Below, in pieces: positions 57,757 to 64,000 of a stretch of DNA of 64,000 bases. The notes below the pieces were generated by a model that saw only the letters and a program-made list of their open reading frames with translations, made no database searches and had not been told where the DNA came from. The stretch's first letter is position 1; each line of letters opens with the position of its first letter. The DNA is from Tubiluchus corallicola (taxonomy: Eukaryota; Animalia; Priapulida), in contig JAQGDQ010000441.1 of assembly GCA_030141605.1 (NCBI GenBank), positions 1 to 64,000 on the forward strand, read 5' to 3'. The translations under genes and the position numbers were made by a program.

Positions 57757-57934
57757 GTGGATGGATGATAACATGTGTGATGCTGTAACGCCATTTCTTA
57801 TAGACGCGCGTCCGAACACGTACACGTATACGAAAGCCATGGCGGAGTGGCTTGTCGTAGAGGGCAAGGGAGATATTCCTACAGCTATTGTTCGTCCATC
57901 CATAGTCGGTGCCTCGTGGAGGGAACCTTTTCCC
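57757..57934 (+). CDS. FAR: FAR coding exon 6 (catalytic YxxxK)
   Basis: CTAG|(E)[59 protein letters not shown]|GTAAGA; phase 2/0. Confidence 0.96.
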
Positions 57935-58283
57935 GTAAGACATCCTTTCTTATATTTGATGAGCTTACAAAGTTAATTAAATTTTCGTTTCAAACTTGAA
58001 ATTCGGGAAATGTGAAAAAGTCACGATGCAATCTGTATTTGAACATTGGTACCTTCCGCTTACATTGCAGATGCCTTAACCACTAGGCCATTGCATCTTC
58101 CAGCATTTAAGGCAGTCCAAAGTTCAACCAAATGCAGCATTTCCAGTGTTTTTTAATTACATTATTTAATTATAATATATTATATATTCATTAATTTTGA
58201 GCCAGAAAGTCTGTGAGTAATTGATTAATTGTTATAATTTTCATGTCAGGATTATTATTAATGATGTTACAAACCTGCAAGTA

Positions 58284-59287
58284 CCGTATATACTTATGTA
58301 CAAGTCAATGTGCATTTTAAGACCAAAAATTGCATCATTTTATATATTACCTGTGTACAAGTCGACCCTAAAATATTAAGATCTTCCAGAGTGAATGATG
58401 TGGTTCATCACCTTCCCATTTGAAGAAAAAACTAATTTACTAAAATTAATACCACTGCGTAGTTGTGTTTTATGTATGCGTGTATGCTAGAAATCGATAT
58501 TTTGCCTATAAAACACGCATATACAAGGCCAGTGTATAACTTCCCGCAAGCTGACAGGCGGCAGCACCTGCACAACATTGGCAGTTTTCATGTTCTGATT
58601 GAGTGCTCCGTCGCTAGTTTATTTACCGGTAATATATAAATTTTAACTTAATTTCACATACGTTATAATAAATTACAGTAATATTTGATAATTTTGTGAA
58701 GTAATGTCAAGATGCGAACATTCTCTGATGTGAAGCATCACAGTATGAGTGTTCATTCAGTCCAGCATATAATGAAGGATTATTTCTTTGCATATTCATA
58801 TTGTAGACGACTCTTTAGCGACATCTCCCAAAAACATATCGCAAGTATAAGTTGACCCCAAAAATTTCATCTTAAAATCGCCTCCCAAAAATTTGACTTG
58901 TAATGTTGTAGAGATCGCTGGCATCTATTAGAATTAAATAGAATATTGTAGAATGTTCCATTAGAATAATCGTCTTACCTTGTAGAATGTTCTAGAGAGA
59001 AACGTCTAGAATGTTCCCTGGCACCCTATATAAGGCGAAGCAGGCGGCTGAGACTCACGCAGATTCACACGGACGCCGCTTACACATTCGCTTGTATACC
59101 TGTATTTTCAGATACACTTAAACGTTTTCCAGATTTTCACGTTTAGTGTAATCATTTCGCGTTCCTTCATACTTTTCTGTTGTAGAATTCTCGCTTAATA
59201 AACTAGTTTAATTTGACGGCGTGTTTTCTGGTTTTCTTTACGAGCCTTCCGAGAGAAACAAAACACAACATGTACATAAGTATATAC
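58284..59287. mobile_element. Tc1/mariner-type MITE interrupted by solo LTR copy 2
   Basis: TA-CCGTATATACTTATGTACAAGTCAA at the left; the right TIR TTGACTTGTA/CATAAGTATATAC is split by the LTR. Confidence 0.7.
58904..59270 (+). mobile_element. Solo LTR, copy 2 (367 bp)
   Basis: Same length and highly similar to copy 1; own 5-bp flanks TGTAA/TGTAC. Confidence 0.85.
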
Positions 59288-59633
59288 TTCTAGTCCACAG
59301 AAATTTTCTTTGCTTTTGCCTTGTTGTGATTTTCTTTATTTACTACATGGAAATATACTAGGCCCTATAACTACATGTTGAGTTTTTATTTTTTCTGTGT
59401 TGACATTTTTACATATTTAGGAATGTTTTCCGTGAATCATTTAAGTTTCTGTCATATATATTCATGTCCAAAGTAAATCATTTTTTATACTAGAAAAAAT
59501 TCGTGAATAATTCAAATACTTGTAGCATGGAAAACTGACTAATGTAAGAATAATGCTTACACTTTGTTGTAACACTTATGGATGATTTTGATAGCTAATC
59601 ACATACGTAATTATTAAGACTATAAAGGGCTTT

Positions 59634-60164
59634 CAGGGATGAGAATTTTCCGCGGATACGGGGAGTTCGGAGTTTTTGGAAGACCAGTAGTGCCGTTTTT
59701 GTAAATCACGTAAATTCGTTAAGAAAATTTTTACGGACCCAGTACATTATTTCACAAACTGACCGCTAGTTGACAGGCCGTCACTTTGTTTACATCACGT
59801 ACATCAGTGTAACCACGTGTATATCTCTATGTATAAAAATATAGAATCAATTGTGCAGAGTTATTTGAGTCAATTGCAGACAGTTTTTATATACTTTTGC
59901 ATAGAAGCGGCCAGTACTTAGGCGTTTTTGAGACAATTAGGTATCATGTATCCTTGATAGTTGGGTATTTTAAATTATGCATGAAATAAGGTAATTGATA
60001 TTTTAAGTCTACTTAGAGGCTCTCTACGGTCACAAAATGGCAATTTGTTGCTGGCTCCAAGGGGGCTTCGCCTTGGACCCCTTGGACCACGATGGGGGCC
60101 TATGCGGCCCCCCAACCCCCCGGCCTGTTTCAGAGTTTTTTGCAATTTGTCATTCTCATCCCTG
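59634..60164. mobile_element. hAT-like MITE family D, copy 2 (6-bp TSD)
   Basis: Same TIR; TSD GGCTTT/GGCTTT. Confidence 0.9.
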
Positions 60165-60209
60165 GGCTTTACATTTTTTTATAATAAGTGTTTGCTTTAA
60201 TGTTATCAG

Positions 60210-60373
60210 GGTTGGATAGATAACTACAACGGTGCCACTGGTTTAATGATTGGTATTGGTAAAGGACTACTAAGAACAATGCGGGGAGTATTTGGTGCTA
60301 CAGCAGACATTGTTCCAGTCGACATTCCAGTCAACATGATGTTGGGGGTTGGATGGTACACTGGCATACAAAG
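60210..60373 (+). CDS. FAR: FAR coding exon 7
   Basis: CAG|GWIDNYNGATGLMIGIGKGLLRTMRGVFGATADIVPVDIPVNMMLGVGWYTGIQ(R)|GTGCGA; phase 0/2. Confidence 0.95.
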
Positions 60374-61603
60374 GTGCGATCATTTTTACTATTTTCCTCT
60401 CATTTTTATTGTGTGTTCTGCAAAGATACGGTTATTTCAATTCAGTTCAGCTTTACTTACTCAGCATTGGTTAAAAATAATATGGTCATTTGACAGTTTC
60501 GGCGTAACTGAAGAGCAGGGAAAGATGTGTTGGTCACTTGATCACATTTTTATATCAGTACAAGTTTACTTACAGTGCAAAAAAAATTTAGGTGATTACT
60601 GGCTGTTGTACGGAAAACAATATTAAAATAAATTGGCACCATTCCATTCTCTAGCACTAATGTTTTCTTTATAGTAAAGAGGACCTGTTGAACTATGTTA
60701 AAAGCGTTAGATTATGATAGATAATTATGTTGATAAATGCTGGTATGAAGCCAGTTAAGGAATGGTGTCACGTGAGCAAATGGTTCAGAATCGAGGCGTC
60801 GAAGCTCGGAGCACGAGGTATAAGCCTTGTGATGCGCCCAGCTCAAGGATTGAGTCTGGGAGCTGAAGGAGAGCAGGCTAGATCAGGGGCTTGGTATTAC
60901 TATTTGTTATATTTATTGTGTTTGATGTTCAATAAATGTGTAGTTTTATAATCGGACTCTTCATAGTTTTGCCATCCCTAAAACACCAATAATCAGCTTC
61001 ACACAACCCATACAACGAATTATTTTACTTTTATCATATGATTCACTTCAAATATGATTATTTCCATTACTTTTCTTTCTGTCACAGTGTGGGACAATCT
61101 AACAAGCCCTGCTTTTTGATTGCCCGCAGTACATTTACATTTGTATATATATATAGCAAACCTAAACTATGGTATATCTAAACTAGTTATGTGCTCAAAG
61201 TACACTGTATACGAATTTACTAAGCAACATACAATAGCGATAATTCTCTTGTTTATCTTTCAACCCCACAGTGTTTTGAGAGTCAAGTTAGTATATTTGT
61301 AATGATGCTGTACATAACGTTGTTTAGACACCACTATTAAAGGAAGTAGCGATATCACTATCTTTGCTTACCATAGGTTGACCTACATCTAAAGACAGTC
61401 TAAATCATTTTTTCCAAAATTTGCTTCCTATTGTGTATCTTAAAGTTTGTTATTCATTGAATTATTGATAACTTTTTGTTTCTTTTAATGTATTAATTGT
61501 GTATTTGTGTTGATGTGAAATGAATAAACATAAACATAGACAAATAACTTTAATTTAAACTCGCAGCCTACAAAATGTATTCTTCCTGTTGTTGTTTTTT
61601 ATG

Positions 61604-61930
61604 TGTTATCAGTGTGGTTTTGTTATCATTGTGTTTTTTGTTATCATTGTGCTTTTTGTTATCATTGTGTTTTTTGTTATCATTGTGCTTTTTGTTATCA
61701 TTGTGTTTTTTGTTATCATTGTTATTATTGTGCTTTTTGTTATCATTGTGTTTTTTGTTATCATTGTTATTATTGCGCTTTTTGTTATCATTGTTATCAT
61801 TGTGCTTTTTGTTATCATTGTGTTTTTTGTTATCATTGTTATCATTGTGCTTTTTGTTATCATTGTTATCATTGTGTTTTTTGTTATCATTGTTATTATT
61901 GTGCTTTTTGTTATCATTGTTATTATTGTG
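61604..61930. repeat. Tandem repeat of 18/27-bp units built from 9-mers, ending ~22 nt before FAR exon 8
   Basis: (TGTTATCAT)1-2 + TGTGYTTTT repeated. Confidence 0.9.
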
Positions 61931-61952
61931 CTTCATTTTTCTTCGTTTTTAG

Positions 61953-62020
61953 GCCGGAGAAGGTGTTAGTGTATCACGCCACCGCTAGTCGGTCAAATCA
62001 GTGTAACTGGGGATCACTAG
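61953..62020 (+). CDS. FAR: FAR coding exon 8 (followed by a GC donor)
   Basis: TTTTTAG|(R)PEKVLVYHATASRSNQCNWGSL|GCAAGT; 68 nt, phase 2/1; in frame with exon 9. Confidence 0.88.
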
Positions 62021-62308
62021 GCAAGTATTGCATTTTCTTTCTAGTTACGATCGATTATTTTTTTATAGGCCAGGGGATGTATATTTTGGACAGTAAATTA
62101 AAATGAGACTGAGTTCGTAGCCACACGTAGCTTTGAAAGTTTAACAAAATTTAAGTGTCCGAGGTAATTATTATTTAATTTAAGCTTTGATTAAAAAAAA
62201 AGCTGTTGTAGTTTTAAATATGTTAGAGCATTCTTTATTCTGAACTAACATTTTTACACAATCGTCCGGTTTTCCTTTAAATGTAATCTATTGTACAGTG
62301 GTTTTATG

Positions 62309-62764
62309 CAGGGATGAGAATTATACGCGGATACGGACCCAGTACATTATTTCACAAGCTGACCGCTGGTTGGCTGGCCATAACTTTGTTTACATCACGT
62401 ACATCAGTGTAACCACGTGTATATCTCTATGTATAAAAATACAGAATCAATTGTGTGGAGTTATTTGAGTCAATTGCAGACAGTTTTTATATACTTTTGC
62501 ATAGGAGCAGCCAGTACTTAGGCATTTTTCAGACAATTAGGTATCATGTATCCTTGATAGTTGGGTATTTTAAATTATGCATGAAACAAGGTAATTGATA
62601 TTTTAAGTCCACTTAGAGGCTCTCTATGGTCACAAAATTGCAATTTGTTGCTTCGCCCCCTTGAACCCCATGGGGCTTTGCCCCTCAACCCCATGGGGGC
62701 CTATGCGGTCCCAAAATCCTCGGCCTGTTTCAGAGTTTTTTGCAATTTGTCATTTTCATTCCTG
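62309..62764. mobile_element. hAT-like MITE family D, copy 3 (internally deleted, 6-bp TSD)
   Basis: Same TIR with the right end slightly decayed (TTTTCATTCCTG); TSD TTTATG/TTTATG. Confidence 0.88.
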
Positions 62765-62831
62765 TTTATGTTCAACTTTTCATGCCGTTTTCAAATTACC
62801 TCACATTGATTGCATCTCATCTGACTTGCAG

Positions 62832-62913
62832 CAAGGATGATCCACGACAGCGTGATGAAGAATCCGGTTGAAAAAGTGATCCGGGTGCCGAATCCGCGCT
62901 TTACCCCTTCATC
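62832..62913 (+). CDS. FAR: FAR coding exon 9
   Basis: TTGCAG|(A)RMIHDSVMKNPVEKVIRVPNPRFTPS(S)|GTGAGT; phase 1/2. Confidence 0.9.
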
Positions 62914-62954
62914 GTGAGTTAACATTCTTATAAAGATTTTTGGAATAAAGTTCT

Positions 62955-63280
62955 CAATCAATCAATTTATTTCACTGCAGCAATACATATACAATACATC
63001 AACATACAATATTATTGAAACAAAAAGAAACAGTATAGGTAAAAAAGGTACTATTTGAAACTATAAATAGTTTTGTGTATTTTTACTTGGGCACTTATTT
63101 TATTCCAGTTACTGGGGGCAGTGAATTTAATAAAGTGCCTGGCACTATTTGTACGACAGTGAGGGACATGATATTCGTTGAACCTTGTAAAGTAATGTTC
63201 TGCATAAAGCAGTCAGTTTATTATATAGGAAATATTTTGAAGAAATGGCATTATTTTGTAATAAGAAAGTATTTATGATG
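62955..63280 (-). mobile_element. L2/Crack-like LINE 3' fragment with (ATTG)n tail
   Basis: Minus-strand translation HYFTRFNEYHVPHCRTNSARHFIKFTAPSNWNKISAQVKIHKTIYSFK; the same 3' tail occurs on the plus strand at ~54765-54862. Confidence 0.65.
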
Positions 63281-63300
63281 GTTTTTTTCTGCAATTTCAG

Positions 63301-63390
63301 GATAGTGCATAAAATTGAGGTTATATTTAGTCACCTGCTACCGGCTTTTCTTATGGATCTTGGACGACGTTTTCTCGGCAGGAAGCCCAT
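63301..63390 (+). CDS. FAR: FAR coding exon 10 (FAR_C/Sterile domain start; gene continues beyond the window)
   Basis: TTTCAG|(S)IVHKIEVIFSHLLPAFLMDLGRRFLGRKP|GTATGC; HLLPAFLMD motif; phase 2/2. Confidence 0.92.
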
Positions 63391-64000
63391 GTATGCCTCT
63401 CTTTTTCATTAAATGTACTATGAAAAGGGTGTTAGGGCAAGTTGCCCTCTTGTTAGGAGGAGAAGCAGATCTTTTGAATTAATTACGCTGTGCTGTATAT
63501 AATAATTCAAAAAATGGGTCGTTAGCTGTTTGAGAGATCATTAACTTGAGCGGAAAAAACATAATTTTAGCATTTTAACCCTTTCACTGCTTAGTTGCTT
63601 TTTAACTGGGCCACGTTGACTTTAACTGGGCATTTGACAATAACTTATTGTGGTGTGTTACTAAAACAGAATCTTATAAAGGAACAAGTAGTTGTTTGTT
63701 ATTGAGTACTGACATAAATATTAATTTTATTTCTACACATGCACACACGAACGAGCACACACACATACGCTGACACACACACTCACACACGCACGCACGC
63801 ACGCACACGAACGAGCATACATACATTCACTCACACACAAACGCATAGGTGCACACAATCATAAATAAGCATGTACTTATATTTAGAAACAAGTTTTCAC
63901 AAAAGACACAATACTAATCCATAATATACATTCATTTTATAAGTATGCAGAACAATTCACTAAACATACGTTTCACCAACGATCTACAAGTAATTTTGCA

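Noticed and set aside
53744-59270. A single full-length LTR retrotransposon bounded by the two LTRs
   Set aside because: Each LTR has its own 5-bp TSD, and the interval holds FAR exons 5-6 with no gag/pol.

Overview
AT-rich animal (probably invertebrate) genomic DNA, dense in repeats, carrying two divergent intron-containing genes. On the minus strand is a Distal-less/Dlx homeobox gene: coding exon 1 at 28605-28926 and homeodomain exon 2 at 23633-23814. The exon for helix 3 (VKIWFQN) was not found in the window and probably lies left of position 1. On the plus strand is a fatty acyl-CoA reductase (FAR) gene with 10 coding exons from 44815 to 63390, running off the right edge and including a probable GC-AG intron. 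The rest is largely transposon-derived: two TTAA-flanked Kolobok-like families, a TATA-flanked MITE family, a hAT-like MITE family with 6-bp target-site duplications (TSDs), two solo LTRs with heat-shock elements, a young RTE LINE fragment, older LINE 3' ends, a tRNA-derived SINE, mini/microsatellites and several inverted repeats. Most ORFs in the supplied track are microsatellite or repeat artefacts. All calls are by eye, with no database searches; repeat boundaries are approximate unless a TSD is given.
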